Source: Escherichia phage HY01 | Reading direction: 5' to 3' (one strand) | Sequence record: NC_027349.1 | Length of the DNA stretch: 64,000 nucleotides | Part shown: in pieces, positions 20,233 through 30,651 of the stretch | How positions within the stretch are numbered: position 1 is the stretch's first letter | How the letters are laid out: every line of letters starts with the position of its first letter | Translations under genes and position numbers: made by a program | Notes under the pieces: model-generated | The model's input: the letters and a program-made list of their open reading frames with translations, nothing else | What the model was told of the DNA's origin: nothing | Database searches by the model: none

Positions 20233-21689
20233 AGACCAGTTACCTCATGAAAATCACCAAATACATCCTCGAATGTATTAGCTTTAGTTTTATCTTCACG
20301 TAAACGAATCACAATCGGAAGAAATAATTTAACGTAATCAGTGCGGCCATCAGATTTTAACCAACCATTGCATTCGCACTCTAGAATTTTTCCAATATAA
20401 TAATTTTGGTTTTCCATAATGCGAGTACGGTCAAGTTCATGCGATTTTACACCGGCTTTATCTTTTAAACCTGAACCAGCATTTACTTTAATTTTTCCAC
20501 ACTCTGATTCAAGAATAAATCCACCTGCTTTAGTAGGGTCTTTACGGTGAGGATAAATTCCTACAATTTTTAAATCAACATCAATTACTTCTTTAAATTT
20601 ATAAAGATTTTTTGAACGAGCATTTTCCCACAATCCATCGGTATTTTTGAGAATAATACCTTCAAGACCTTGGTCAATATACTTTTTATAAATTACCTTA
20701 GCTTCATCTAGGTTATTTACTACTTGGTTTTCAATTAAAATTACTTTATCATATCCTGATGTCATTTGTTCTAGTTTAGAAAACCGTACATCATATTTTA
20801 AACGAAACGCCGGAAGACCGTATATTTCTACTAACGGGACATAATCCCAGACCTGAAACTTCATACATTGAGCTTCTTTTTCTGAAATAGTTCCCTTTAA
20901 AGATTTATTGGCAATTCCATTAGAAGTAGTACGAGATTCCGCTACTTCGGCAAACTCTTTAGCTTTACTGATTTCAGGAGCATCAAAAAGAAAATCTAGG
21001 CCTTCTGGTTCCTTTTTAACTTGCTCATGGTATACCAATTCGCCATCAATTAACACACCTTCTGGATGAATCTGGCGGGCTTCTGCGGTCATTTTGATTA
21101 ATTCTTCTTTAAGAAGATCTAATCCTAGATATTCATTACCAGCTCGTGATAAAAGACGAACATCATCTAATTCATCACCTCTAACTTCAGCAAAACACCG
21201 GGCTCCATCTGCTTTTAACTGTGCAAAGGCTGGAAATTTGATATTCTTACTAATGCCTTTTTCATCATAAGAACTTGCCAGCATTTGAGGTTGTTCAGGA
21301 ATTAAACCTGGCCAAACTTTATTTGCAATAGATACCGAAGCACCGCATTCGAGGTCTCGCATCATAACTCGACGCAAAACTTCAACATCATCCTTTTTAC
21401 CATCAGTGATATATCCAGTTAATTCCTCAATTGCAGCATTTCCAGTCAATTTCCGAGTAGCTAACGTGAATTCAATGAAGTCAAGCATATCGGTAATAGT
21501 CAGCATTCCAAAACTCTGAGTAGCAATACCAGGTTTAGGCCATTTCTTGATATAATACTGTAACCCACGAGAATAAGTCAGACGATATACTCGTTTAAGC
21601 AATTCGTTATCTTTATTCCTTTCAAGAATTGCTTGCTTCTGCTTAGTTGATCCAATAGATGCTATTTCATTCAGAATTTTAAGAATCAT
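20229..21689 (-). CDS. 30: ATP-dependent DNA ligase gp30
   Basis: 486 aa; adenylation motif KADGAR; N-terminus MILKILNEIASIGSTKQKQAIL matches remembered T4 ligase. Confidence 0.95.
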   Translation of the reverse strand: MILKILNEIASIGSTKQKQAILERNKDNELLKRVYRLTYSRGLQYYIKKWPKPGIATQSFGMLTITDMLDFIEFTLATRKLTGNAAIEELTGYITDGKKDDVEVLRRVMMRDLECGASVSIANKVWPGLIPEQPQMLASSYDEKGISKNIKFPAFAQLKADGARCFAEVRGDELDDVRLLSRAGNEYLGLDLLKEELIKMTAEARQIHPEGVLIDGELVYHEQVKKEPEGLDFLFDAPEISKAKEFAEVAESRTTSNGIANKSLKGTISEKEAQCMKFQVWDYVPLVEIYGLPAFRLKYDVRFSKLEQMTSGYDKVILIENQVVNNLDEAKVIYKKYIDQGLEGIILKNTDGLWENARSKNLYKFKEVIDVDLKIVGIYPHRKDPTKAGGFILESECGKIKVNAGSGLKDKAGVKSHELDRTRIMENQNYYIGKILECECNGWLKSDGRTDYVKLFLPIVIRLREDKTKANTFEDVFGDFHEVTGL

Positions 21690-21955
21690 TGTTCATCCTT
21701 CAGAGTTTGATTTACATTTCTATTATAAATCAATTCATCATTAAGCTCAGGCAAAGACCTGTGATATGTAGTTCTAACTTTATTTCCTTGCATCCAATGC
21801 TTGATATAAATGAAACCTTGCTCTACACATTTTTTAAAAATTCGTTCGTCTTTTTGAGCTCGGAATTCTGGATTGCATCTAAAAAATTGATTTACGTGAC
21901 CGTAATCACGTGTAGTATTACCTTCATTTTCATAAATAGTGTGAACGACAAACAT
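21686..21955 (-). CDS. Hypothetical protein (position of T4 30.1)
   Basis: 89-aa ORF coupled to ligase. Confidence 0.6.
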   Translation of the reverse strand: MFVVHTIYENEGNTTRDYGHVNQFFRCNPEFRAQKDERIFKKCVEQGFIYIKHWMQGNKVRTTYHRSLPELNDELIYNRNVNQTLKDEQ

Positions 21956-22818
21956 TAGAATGCTCCTTGGAAAATATTATCACCACTAGTAAATCTATTA
22001 AAATACCCTGCATCACCAGGCTTAGTATAACTCCACGTATGGAATGGATTCATATGATACGGGTGTGTATAATATGGATTATATGGATGTGTATAATATG
22101 GATTATACGGATTAAATCCAGGAGTTCTCCAGGTAGTGTTCCAAGGAAAAGAATCGGTTTTAACCATCTTCTCAATTACATCTTTTATAGCTTTTTCACT
22201 ATCAAAACTTTCTTTATTTTCCTTCGGTGAAAAAAGCTTATTTTCTACATCATTCCATGTATAAACTCGCTGAGCGGTTTTTGGAATATTATCACGCTCT
22301 CCTCGAGCCATCCAATAAACAGGAACATTTAATATTTCACTCGCGTGGTCGCAGTGGTGAGCGAGATCGTCAATATAACAAATTACGTTATATTTCTCTT
22401 TTGCCTTTTTGAACAACTCTTCTTTTGAAGAATCATGACCACACATCATTACTTCTGAGAAGGCACCAGGAAAAAGAGCATTCAAATTAAATTGACGATT
22501 TAATAGAGCATCAATAGAATCACCCAATGCTGTAACAGCTACAAAATTATAATCTTCTTTTAATTTGTTAATTACACACAGGGCATCTTTATATGGAGAC
22601 AAGTAACGAATAAAATCTGATCGATTGTATTTTTCAATTAACTTGACACCAAGTTCTTCATCACAATTAAAGAGTTTACCTGGAGAAATAAATTTCTCAT
22701 CTTGGATCATTTTTAAAATATGTTCTAACGGAAGATTATATTTCTGAGCAAAATAAGGAAGACCTGATTGCCAGCTTAAACATACTCCATCAATATCAGT
22801 TAAAATAGTAGGCTTCAT
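21955..22818 (-). CDS. HAD-superfamily phosphatase-like protein with C-terminal NPYYTHPY tandem repeat (position of T4 30.2)
   Basis: 287 aa; HAD motif I DIDGV near the N-terminus, DD motif later; 24-bp tandem duplication near the 3' end. Confidence 0.65.
   Translation of the reverse strand: MKPTILTDIDGVCLSWQSGLPYFAQKYNLPLEHILKMIQDEKFISPGKLFNCDEELGVKLIEKYNRSDFIRYLSPYKDALCVINKLKEDYNFVAVTALGDSIDALLNRQFNLNALFPGAFSEVMMCGHDSSKEELFKKAKEKYNVICYIDDLAHHCDHASEILNVPVYWMARGERDNIPKTAQRVYTWNDVENKLFSPKENKESFDSEKAIKDVIEKMVKTDSFPWNTTWRTPGFNPYNPYYTHPYNPYYTHPYHMNPFHTWSYTKPGDAGYFNRFTSGDNIFQGAF
22065..22112. repeat. Tandem 24-bp direct repeat (2 copies) inside the HAD-like gene
   Basis: gtgtataatatggattata(t/c)ggat repeated back-to-back; encodes the NPYYTHPY duplication on the minus strand. 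Confidence 0.7.
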
Positions 22819-23273
22819 AGAGAGTCTCTTAATAGGTTTAACACATCAATAAATTCAGCTTCAGTTAGTATTGTATCATCTTTTGTTAGACCACTAGCCA
22901 TGCTGTGCTTCAAAACTTTTCCTTTCGAGGCTTGTAATGCATCGCGAAAGCCCCTGTTTTGGAACGCTGCTTCAAAATATGCATTTGTGTATAGCTCTTT
23001 CCACGCCGGGGAGTATCTTGAAAACGGAACTCCAAGCCAGAACAATGTGCCACGGTCCTGAGCTCTTGCATAAGCTCGTCCAGCTTTTTGTGCGTCCAAC
23101 CCGGACATCCCAAATATACGTCTTTGCTGTTCAACATTTTTCACCTTACATCCTTGGAGGAATCCTTCGAGACCTCCAAATTGGATACCATCCATAACGA
23201 AAGGCCATTGGGCAAAATTGCTTAATGCACATGATGGCCATCTAAAATTGCTTCTAATCTCTAACTCAGACAT
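22815..23273 (-). CDS. NADAR-like (YbiA-type) domain protein (position of T4 30.3)
   Basis: Track start at 23279 is TTG; ATG at 23273 gives 152 aa; LSNFAQWPFVMDGIQF resembles the NADAR/DUF1768 N-terminal signature, from memory. Confidence 0.55.
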   Translation of the reverse strand: MSELEIRSNFRWPSCALSNFAQWPFVMDGIQFGGLEGFLQGCKVKNVEQQRRIFGMSGLDAQKAGRAYARAQDRGTLFWLGVPFSRYSPAWKELYTNAYFEAAFQNRGFRDALQASKGKVLKHSMASGLTKDDTILTEAEFIDVLNLLRDSL

Positions 23274-23472
23274 TTTCAATACTTATAATTTCAACATCAG
23301 CCCAATGACCATAGCAAGGAAGACGAAATTCAACTGGCCAGTTAGGGTCCTTTTCTAATATAATAGACTTAACTTGTGGTTCTTCATGTTCATCGGTATA
23401 CGGACCTTTATACGTTACTTTATATGTGACCTTAATGTACTGAATTCCAAAAATCTTATTAATTATATTCAT
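23266..23472 (-). CDS. Hypothetical small protein
   Basis: 68-aa ORF, ATG start, coupled. Confidence 0.5.
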   Translation of the reverse strand: MNIINKIFGIQYIKVTYKVTYKGPYTDEHEEPQVKSIILEKDPNWPVEFRLPCYGHWADVEIISIENV

Positions 23473-23666
23473 ACTAATTCCTTTAATCCATAGATAGGAG
23501 ATAATTCATCACCCATACGAAGGTCTTCATTTCCATCTACCCAGGAAACAATATAAGCTTCTTTTATTTGAACGTCTCTCCATTTAAATGCAGGCAAAAC
23601 CTTAGAAATTAATCCAGGTATACCGACTCCCTTTAATTCAACAGTTTGACCTAAAAAGAATTTCAT
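23469..23666 (-). CDS. Hypothetical small protein
   Basis: 65-aa ORF, ATG start, coupled. Confidence 0.5.
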   Translation of the reverse strand: MKFFLGQTVELKGVGIPGLISKVLPAFKWRDVQIKEAYIVSWVDGNEDLRMGDELSPIYGLKELV

Positions 23667-23953
23667 TAGAACCTCATCTGAAAACCATGCGATTTAACAT
23701 TACCACCACCAATGTCAGAAATATTAATTTCACGCGCAATTGAAGGGTCAATGTCAATTTCACGGTTGAGTTTAGTGATAGCTAGAGTATCACGCCCATT
23801 TACAGTACGGAACTCTAAAGGGCAGACTACATTGACGTAGTTTTTAATCGATTCACTGGTAGGCTGCAAATGAACAGGAAGGTCTTTAGGCGCCTTTGAG
23901 AAAACCACTTCACAGAAATTTTTGCGGGTATCAAAATAAGTAGTCATAAACAT
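23666..23953 (-). CDS. Hypothetical protein
   Basis: Track start is TTG; ATG at 23953 with GAGGA Shine-Dalgarno 7 nt upstream gives 95 aa. Confidence 0.55.
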   Translation of the reverse strand: MFMTTYFDTRKNFCEVVFSKAPKDLPVHLQPTSESIKNYVNVVCPLEFRTVNGRDTLAITKLNREIDIDPSIAREINISDIGGGNVKSHGFQMRF

Positions 23954-23993
23954 AGTATTTTCCTCAGTAAGGGGCCGAAGCCCCTGTTTTATT

Positions 23994-24359
23994 TTAAATA
24001 TCAAATTCGTTAAGAACTACATCAAAGATTGCTTCAAGATGCTCAGGTTTAGCTCTGTTACTCAAAATATGACGAATCCAAGTTTTAACCAGAAGCTTAC
24101 GATTGACGCCATTCCAGCAAGGATGAGTACCTAAATCACGTTGACGGAAATCATCATCCAGAGCGATTTTGAAGTTGGAGCCTTCCATTGTGATTGAAAC
24201 CGTGATGCCATTTTCAAATCGCATATAAACGTAGTTAGGAGTCATATACTGTTCAATTTCGCATACTGATCCATTTTGATGTTTCCAAAGGCAAATAGTA
24301 TCAATAGAACCTGCAATACCATTAGAAACATATTTACGTTCAAAGTTGATGTAGTTCAT
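23994..24359 (-). CDS. Hypothetical protein
   Basis: Track start is TTG; ATG at 24359 with GGAGA Shine-Dalgarno gives 121 aa. Confidence 0.55.
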   Translation of the reverse strand: MNYINFERKYVSNGIAGSIDTICLWKHQNGSVCEIEQYMTPNYVYMRFENGITVSITMEGSNFKIALDDDFRQRDLGTHPCWNGVNRKLLVKTWIRHILSNRAKPEHLEAIFDVVLNEFDI

Positions 24360-24426
24360 TTTATTCTCCAAGATGTTTAATTGCGGTACAGGTATATAAT
24401 ATCATATCCTGTACCAAAGTAAACAA

Positions 24427-24759
24427 TTATTTTACTACTTTCCAATGCTTCATGTCAAGTTTGCCAACTTTTTTCATCTTCTCAATTAAGCGTTCAGCAC
24501 GTTGGCGAGCTGTAACATAATACCATTCACCTAATTCATTTTGTTCAATTTTTCCAACGATTACTGTATTCAATTCATAAATCCAACCAGTAAAGAAATT
24601 ATGAACTTGAATTGTAAAGGTGAAATCTGTTCCCATACCTTCTGTTGTTTCTACTTCAATAATATCACCTTCAACTGCCATTAAGAACCACATAGTTTCA
24701 TCATATTTACCATTGAAGCATTTAGTTTTAACTGTAGCGTTCAGATTAATCGTTTTCAT
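24427..24759 (-). CDS. Hypothetical protein
   Basis: 110-aa ORF with AGGAGAA Shine-Dalgarno, immediately downstream of an early promoter. Confidence 0.6.
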   Translation of the reverse strand: MKTINLNATVKTKCFNGKYDETMWFLMAVEGDIIEVETTEGMGTDFTFTIQVHNFFTGWIYELNTVIVGKIEQNELGEWYYVTARQRAERLIEKMKKVGKLDMKHWKVVK

Positions 24760-24786
24760 TTTATTCTCCTTTGTTTGTGTAAGATA

Positions 24787-24816
24787 ATACTATCACAAAG
24801 GAACTATACTGTAAAC
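24787..24816 (-). promoter_or_regulatory. T4-type early promoter (GTTTAC-N18-TAGTAT)
   Basis: Minus-strand GTTTAC at 24816-24811 with a -10-like hexamer 18 nt downstream. Confidence 0.45.
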
Positions 24817-24837
24817 AACTTTGTGCAATCTTTGGAA

Positions 24838-24865
24838 AATAAAAAAGGACTCCCGAAGGAGTCCT
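24838..24865 (-). terminator. Hairpin terminator (GGACTCC-CGAA-GGAGTCC)
   Basis: Perfect stem with tetraloop and a U-run on the minus strand, directly after the 24870 ORF stop. Confidence 0.55.
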
Positions 24866-24869
24866 CAAC

Positions 24870-25088
24870 TTATGCTTTCTGCTTACCAAAACGAGAAGCA
24901 TCATCTCGAAGAACCGCACGTGCTCGGCGCATGATCTTCTCAACAGTTTGATTGATACGAGAGTTCGACCCACGCTTGTAACCAGCGCGTTTAGAATCAC
25001 CAACTTTCTTTTCAACTGCTTTCTTTGCTTTAGCTTGTTTTGCCATTATAAATTCTCTTTTAAATGAAAATGCAGGACTTATTGGCAT
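24870..25088 (-). CDS. Small highly basic protein (Lys/Arg-rich; possible nucleic-acid binder)
   Basis: 72-aa ORF with ATG at 25088; alternative ATG at 25046 would give 58 aa; start not resolved. Confidence 0.5.
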   Translation of the reverse strand: MPISPAFSFKREFIMAKQAKAKKAVEKKVGDSKRAGYKRGSNSRINQTVEKIMRRARAVLRDDASRFGKQKA

Positions 25089-25165
25089 TGCCTGCGCAAG
25101 CCCTCAAGGGGAACATAGGTTTTGTATATTTACCGACAGGATAACCATAAACCTCGTCAACATAA

Positions 25166-25414
25166 TTACTTCAGTGTTACCACAAAGTGACGAACTGCTT
25201 TTCGTGCAGCAGAAGCCAGAGGCTTAGCATACTTAAGTTCATCTTTTTCCTGAAGCTCAGCGGCTAATGCAGTTTGAGCAGGATTCAGATGTTTGAAATA
25301 ACGCAGGATTTCAAGAGCTTCGGCTTCAACATCAATAGATGCGCCATAGTTTTCGTGACCATTATTCCATGCGTTTCGTTGCAGTTCAAGAGCGTGTTGT
25401 AATTGTTTAATCAT
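25166..25414 (-). CDS. rIII: rIII lysis-inhibition accessory protein
   Basis: 82 aa, position between the 30.x cluster and gene 31, length as T4 rIII. Confidence 0.75.
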   Translation of the reverse strand: MIKQLQHALELQRNAWNNGHENYGASIDVEAEALEILRYFKHLNPAQTALAAELQEKDELKYAKPLASAARKAVRHFVVTLK

Positions 25415-25561
25415 TTAAAAATTCTCGTTAGAGATTAAAACTCGGTAGTCACGTTCTTCTGAATTTCATCTTCTTTCGACAGATCTCTCAGTTGTAGACT
25501 ACCACATAGAATTGTTCGGTTAACTTATTATTCCGACACCCAATTCATATTATTATTTATA

Positions 25562-25900
25562 TCACTTATAAAGACATGGAATAGCTTTATAGTGACAGGT
25601 AACGAATTTTTGTTTAATTTCTTTTGGCTGCTTAAGACCCAGAGCTACAAAAGGATGCGGAACGTTTCGAATTTGACCAACTGGCAGAGAAGTCAAATCA
25701 CCAACTTCGCAGAAACCTTCAGGAACATCAGGACCAACAGAGTGAATTACACACAGTTCAGGAACTTCACCTTGAACACGTTTACCGATAATAAGTCCTG
25801 ATTCTGTAACTTCTTCATCACCGGCTTGTGCAGGTTCAGAAACTAAAATAACATATTCACCGACAGCACGAATTGGTAGTAGCTGTTGTACTTCAGACAT
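25562..25900 (-). CDS. 31: gp31 head-assembly co-chaperonin (GroES analogue)
   Basis: 112 aa; [41 protein letters not shown]... matches remembered T4 gp31. Confidence 0.95.
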   Translation of the reverse strand: MSEVQQLLPIRAVGEYVILVSEPAQAGDEEVTESGLIIGKRVQGEVPELCVIHSVGPDVPEGFCEVGDLTSLPVGQIRNVPHPFVALGLKQPKEIKQKFVTCHYKAIPCLYK

Positions 25901-25930
25901 CGTTTTTCCTTTTTGTTAACAGATGAATTA

Positions 25931-25955
25931 ATAATAACAAATAATTCTTAAAGCA
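25931..25955 (-). promoter_or_regulatory. MotA-dependent middle promoter for gene 31 (aaaTGCTTTA-N12-TATTAT)
   Basis: MotA-box consensus and a -10 hexamer at the expected spacing upstream of the gene 31 Shine-Dalgarno. Confidence 0.5.
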
Positions 25956-25956
25956 T

Positions 25957-26265
25957 TTATTTACCAATAAATTGAAGCAAATGCTCAACTTTCATACCAT
26001 TAACAGAAATCAATTTGTCAATAGAAAAACCTCGCCATACACCAAGCTCAACATCAAATACTGGAATCATATCAGTAGATTCTTTCCGAGTAGATTCAGT
26101 CAATTTACCGGTTTGCATGGTTGGCATAAAGTCTGCATCACGAGTACCTTTCATAATACGAATAGTACCATCAGACTTTTCAAAAACCACGTTTGAAATA
26201 CCCATGGACAATTTAGTTTTCAAAATTTCACGAATTGCTACTTTCTGTTCAGTCGTCAGTTTCAT
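25957..26265 (-). CDS. Hypothetical protein (position of T4 31.1)
   Basis: 102-aa ORF. Confidence 0.6.
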   Translation of the reverse strand: MKLTTEQKVAIREILKTKLSMGISNVVFEKSDGTIRIMKGTRDADFMPTMQTGKLTESTRKESTDMIPVFDVELGVWRGFSIDKLISVNGMKVEHLLQFIGK

Positions 26266-26502
26266 TTATTTACCTATCACAGTTTTAATATGAGTTGTTC
26301 CACGTTCTTTAAGAGTGGAAAGCAATTTTTGGCATTTTTCTAAATCAGATTTCCAACTATACGGTCTATCAATACAAACCCAGTTTGACTTATAATACTG
26401 CTTCCATTTAGAGAAAAAATACTTCTTATACTCTACAGCAAATGAAATGTTCTCGTTGGAATAAGAACTAATTGCTGTGAGTTGTACCAAACGAAATTTC
26501 AT
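26266..26502 (-). CDS. Hypothetical protein (position of T4 31.2)
   Basis: 78-aa ORF. Confidence 0.55.
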   Translation of the reverse strand: MKFRLVQLTAISSYSNENISFAVEYKKYFFSKWKQYYKSNWVCIDRPYSWKSDLEKCQKLLSTLKERGTTHIKTVIGK

Positions 26503-27083
26503 TATTCACCACAGAATTCGTTGATATTTTCCCAATTTAACTTATTCAAGTTTTTCTTAGGAACATTAAACACTTCAATACCCGCATTTCGCAGAATATC
26601 ATCCCATCCAGGTTTATTTTTATCGTATGTTTCGCAATAAACCAGCTTTTTAATTCCAGATTGAGCTATCGCTTTTGCACAATCCTGGCAAGGAGAAAGT
26701 GTTACATACATAGTAGCACCTTCAATTGAAGAACCGTTTCGTGCAGCAAACAAAATTGCATTTAGTTCAGCATGAATTTCATTTTTAGACGACCATTCAG
26801 AGTGAGCGCTACGGTGTTCTTTCGCCAAGACAAAACGATCAGTTGAACCAAACGATACACATTCGGATTTATGACCTTGAATGATAGTATGTTTAGGTTT
26901 ATTCAACAACCAACCTTGCTCAGCAGCATAATCACAACAGTTCACACCACCTGCCGGAGAACCGTTATATCCAGTAGAAATAATACGTCCATTCTTTTCA
27001 ATTACTGCTCCTACCTTCCAGGAGCAACATTTGGATTCTTGTGATACTAAATATGCAATTTGAAGTACTGTACTCGCTTTCAT
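26502..27083 (-). CDS. cd: dCMP deaminase
   Basis: 193 aa; zinc-binding deaminase motifs HAE and PCQDC; matches T4 Cd length. Confidence 0.9.
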   Translation of the reverse strand: MKASTVLQIAYLVSQESKCCSWKVGAVIEKNGRIISTGYNGSPAGGVNCCDYAAEQGWLLNKPKHTIIQGHKSECVSFGSTDRFVLAKEHRSAHSEWSSKNEIHAELNAILFAARNGSSIEGATMYVTLSPCQDCAKAIAQSGIKKLVYCETYDKNKPGWDDILRNAGIEVFNVPKKNLNKLNWENINEFCGE

Positions 27084-27418
27084 TTCATAATCACCAGATA
27101 AGCAGATTTAGCAGTTTCAACACGATAAATTTCGTGACGAAGTTTAGTTATACTTTTAATAACAGAACTAATTATATTCTGCCCGTCTTTAAAGCGGTTT
27201 TTCTTATCAATAAAAATTGCACCAGCCATCTTTTTGTGAAGCTCAACCGGATACTTCGTCACAATAATAGCATCATACACAGAAGGATGAATACTGTTCA
27301 CCAGAGTATCATTCATTAAAGTTATTCTAATGAACTGTGCTGTGTCAGAGTCAAGCGCTCTATGATCGCCAGTATCATTTTCAAGACAATTATCAATTAT
27401 ATCAGTTAAATTCATCAT
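27080..27418 (-). CDS. Hypothetical protein (cd.1 position)
   Basis: 112-aa ORF. Confidence 0.55.
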   Translation of the reverse strand: MMNLTDIIDNCLENDTGDHRALDSDTAQFIRITLMNDTLVNSIHPSVYDAIIVTKYPVELHKKMAGAIFIDKKNRFKDGQNIISSVIKSITKLRHEIYRVETAKSAYLVIMK

Positions 27419-27651
27419 AGTACGCCATACACCCTTTGTGCTTCAACTAATCCATCAAAATCCAGTTTAAGATGTGTTATTTGGTCACCATCACCTGGAT
27501 TCACAATTACTAATACTGAACGAGGAGTTTCGGTAATAACACGAACCGATGTTTCAGGAAATCGTTCAGAAACCTTATTTACCAATTCTTGAGCAAATAG
27601 TTTAACTTTTTCTTGGAATTCTTTAACAGTAATTGGTTTTTCACTTAGCAT
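27415..27651 (-). CDS. Hypothetical protein (cd.2 position)
   Basis: 78-aa ORF. Confidence 0.55.
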   Translation of the reverse strand: MLSEKPITVKEFQEKVKLFAQELVNKVSERFPETSVRVITETPRSVLVIVNPGDGDQITHLKLDFDGLVEAQRVYGVL

Positions 27652-28172
27652 GTTGATCCCAGCTCCTTACTTTCAACGTTTTTAACTAATTTGACAGAAA
27701 CTAATTCAGCATCTTGAGTAATCATTACCGGACCTTCTTCATACTCTTCAAGATATTCTAGAGCTTTCTTTTTAGCTTCTTCCTTCGTATCAGTTTGAGC
27801 ATAGATATAGAACATACAACCAGTAATACCTACTACTTTCCACTTAATTTCTTTATCAGTTTTAATTTCAAATTTACTGACAGAACCATCTTTTTGAACT
27901 TCTTCGAAAAAAGAATATTCTAGCATATAAGCAATTGAAAATAACGGACTAACTTTATAGGATTCACCCATTACATCAACAGCTTTATACCAGCAATCAT
28001 CAATTTCGCGTTTAATGCTAATAACATTTTTCGCAGGATCTATTTTTACTTTAAATGAATTTTCCCCAATAAACTGGGCAATTCGTTTATTAGCCCCGCA
28101 AGTTTCATTAAAAATATCTTTATATCCAGCTTTAAAGCGATAAACCTTATCTTCTTCAAACCATTCGCTCAT
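27645..28172 (-). CDS. Hypothetical protein (cd.3 position)
   Basis: 175-aa ORF with Shine-Dalgarno, downstream of an early promoter. Confidence 0.6.
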   Translation of the reverse strand: MSEWFEEDKVYRFKAGYKDIFNETCGANKRIAQFIGENSFKVKIDPAKNVISIKREIDDCWYKAVDVMGESYKVSPLFSIAYMLEYSFFEEVQKDGSVSKFEIKTDKEIKWKVVGITGCMFYIYAQTDTKEEAKKKALEYLEEYEEGPVMITQDAELVSVKLVKNVESKELGSTC

Positions 28173-28202
28173 TTCAATTTCCTCATTTGTTTTGGTAGAG
28201 CT

Positions 28203-28232
28203 ATAATATCACAACTCTACCGTAAAGTAAAC
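28203..28232 (-). promoter_or_regulatory. T4-type early promoter (GTTTAC-N18-TATTAT)
   Basis: Minus-strand GTTTAC at 28232-28227 and TATTAT at 28208-28203. Confidence 0.45.
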
Positions 28233-28234
28233 TA

Positions 28235-28510
28235 TTAAATTGCTTTGAATTCTGATGTCTGTGATTCAAAACGAATATCGCCTTTGATGACTAGCTCAGC
28301 ATCAAGACCGAATACGACAATGATATGCGCGGAACCTGGATACAGCGTAATAGCAATAGAATCCACCTGGTCTGGAAGCAAAGTGTTCAATACATGAGTC
28401 ACTTGAGCATGAATTCGAAGCTCAGCTGCATTATCAAGCTTTTCAAACATGTTATTAGCGATAATTTGACTAAACACTACTTCTACGATTTTAGAATAAG
28501 TCGGAAACAT
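28235..28510 (-). CDS. Hypothetical protein
   Basis: 91-aa ORF. Confidence 0.5.
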   Translation of the reverse strand: MFPTYSKIVEVVFSQIIANNMFEKLDNAAELRIHAQVTHVLNTLLPDQVDSIAITLYPGSAHIIVVFGLDAELVIKGDIRFESQTSEFKAI

Positions 28511-28512
28511 AT

Positions 28513-28713
28513 TTACCTCACATAATTTTCTTCAAGCCAATCAATAACATCCAACGCATTATCAAAAGTTGAACCATCTACTTTGTCTTCTGTTTCATAA
28601 TCAAGAACATCTAAACCCACTCTTCCATCAACAATAGGCCATAAACAAAATAGATATTTCTTTTCTTTTTCAATTTTATCACAAAGTCGATAAATCTTTT
28701 CTATGTTATTCAT
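28513..28713 (-). CDS. Hypothetical protein
   Basis: 66-aa ORF. Confidence 0.5.
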   Translation of the reverse strand: MNNIEKIYRLCDKIEKEKKYLFCLWPIVDGRVGLDVLDYETEDKVDGSTFDNALDVIDWLEENYVR

Positions 28714-28902
28714 AAGTTTTCCATGGTAAAGGCAGTTTAGTTTTCTTTACTGTTAGTTCAACATCAGGATTCTTTTCTCTTAATTTAAGACATTCCTCCC
28801 AAGCCCTAATTTCACTAGTGAATACACAAAATTGCCCATTACTAGTACCAACTAAACCGCTATTTACAATAACAATAGCCCAAGTTTCATGATGCAAAGC
28901 CA

Positions 28903-28903
<1 letters not shown>
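28706..28903 (-). CDS. Hypothetical protein
   Basis: 65-aa ORF coupled to pseT. Confidence 0.5.
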
Positions 28904-30124
<1,221 letters not shown>

Positions 30125-30128
<4 letters not shown>

Positions 30129-30355
30129 TTATTTTTCTCAACCAATGATTGAATATAATCATGCAGGTCTTTAGATGCTTTACCCCACTTATTTTGATAT
30201 TCATTTTTAAGATTAGCCCGAGATTGAGCTAATAAAACATCATTAGTTGGAGGTAAAGATTCTAATCTTTGAATCTGACGTCCATAAATCATTGCAGCCA
30301 TCTCAGATTCATAAATCAATCCTTTGAGATGTTCAAATTGATGCCATGAAATCAT
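30125..30355 (-). CDS. Hypothetical protein
   Basis: 76-aa ORF. Confidence 0.5.
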
Positions 30356-30651
30356 TTACATTTATCCTCTTTTAGCTCTTGACGATAATAACATATCATA
30401 GTTTTTTGGTCATGTACATATCGTTTTACATCATTAAGCCAAATACGAAATTCCTGGGAATCTTCAAATGGCATACCGACCCAAGCTTTACCATCAATAA
30501 CTTTAACTTGCCAAGAAAGTTTAGCTTCATCGTATGACTTTATTTGTACTGGCCAATTAGGATGAACTGTTTCTTTCTTTACTTCTAGAGGCTTTGTCGA
30601 ACAACCAACTAGAAGACCAATAGATAATATTACTGCTGATAGTTTAATCAT
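30352..30651 (-). CDS. pseT.2: Outer-membrane lipoprotein, o-spanin (Rz1 equivalent)
   Basis: 99 aa; signal peptide with lipobox LVGC; start overlaps the stop of the upstream TM/coiled-coil ORF, a typical spanin pair. Confidence 0.65.
   Translation of the reverse strand: MIKLSAVILSIGLLVGCSTKPLEVKKETVHPNWPVQIKSYDEAKLSWQVKVIDGKAWVGMPFEDSQEFRIWLNDVKRYVHDQKTMICYYRQELKEDKCK

Noticed and set aside
23969-23992. GGGGCCGAAGCCCC hairpin between two small 30.x ORFs as a minus-strand terminator
   Set aside because: The T-run lies on the plus-strand side, where no plus-strand gene exists; on the minus strand it lacks a U-tract, so it is more likely an RNA stability or processing structure.
24761-25015. 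Alternative 84-aa minus-strand ORF overlapping the basic-protein ORF
   Set aside because: It is in a different frame over the same DNA as 24870-25088 and runs through the early promoter and terminator at 24787-24865; the basic ORF, bounded by the terminator, is the more plausible gene.
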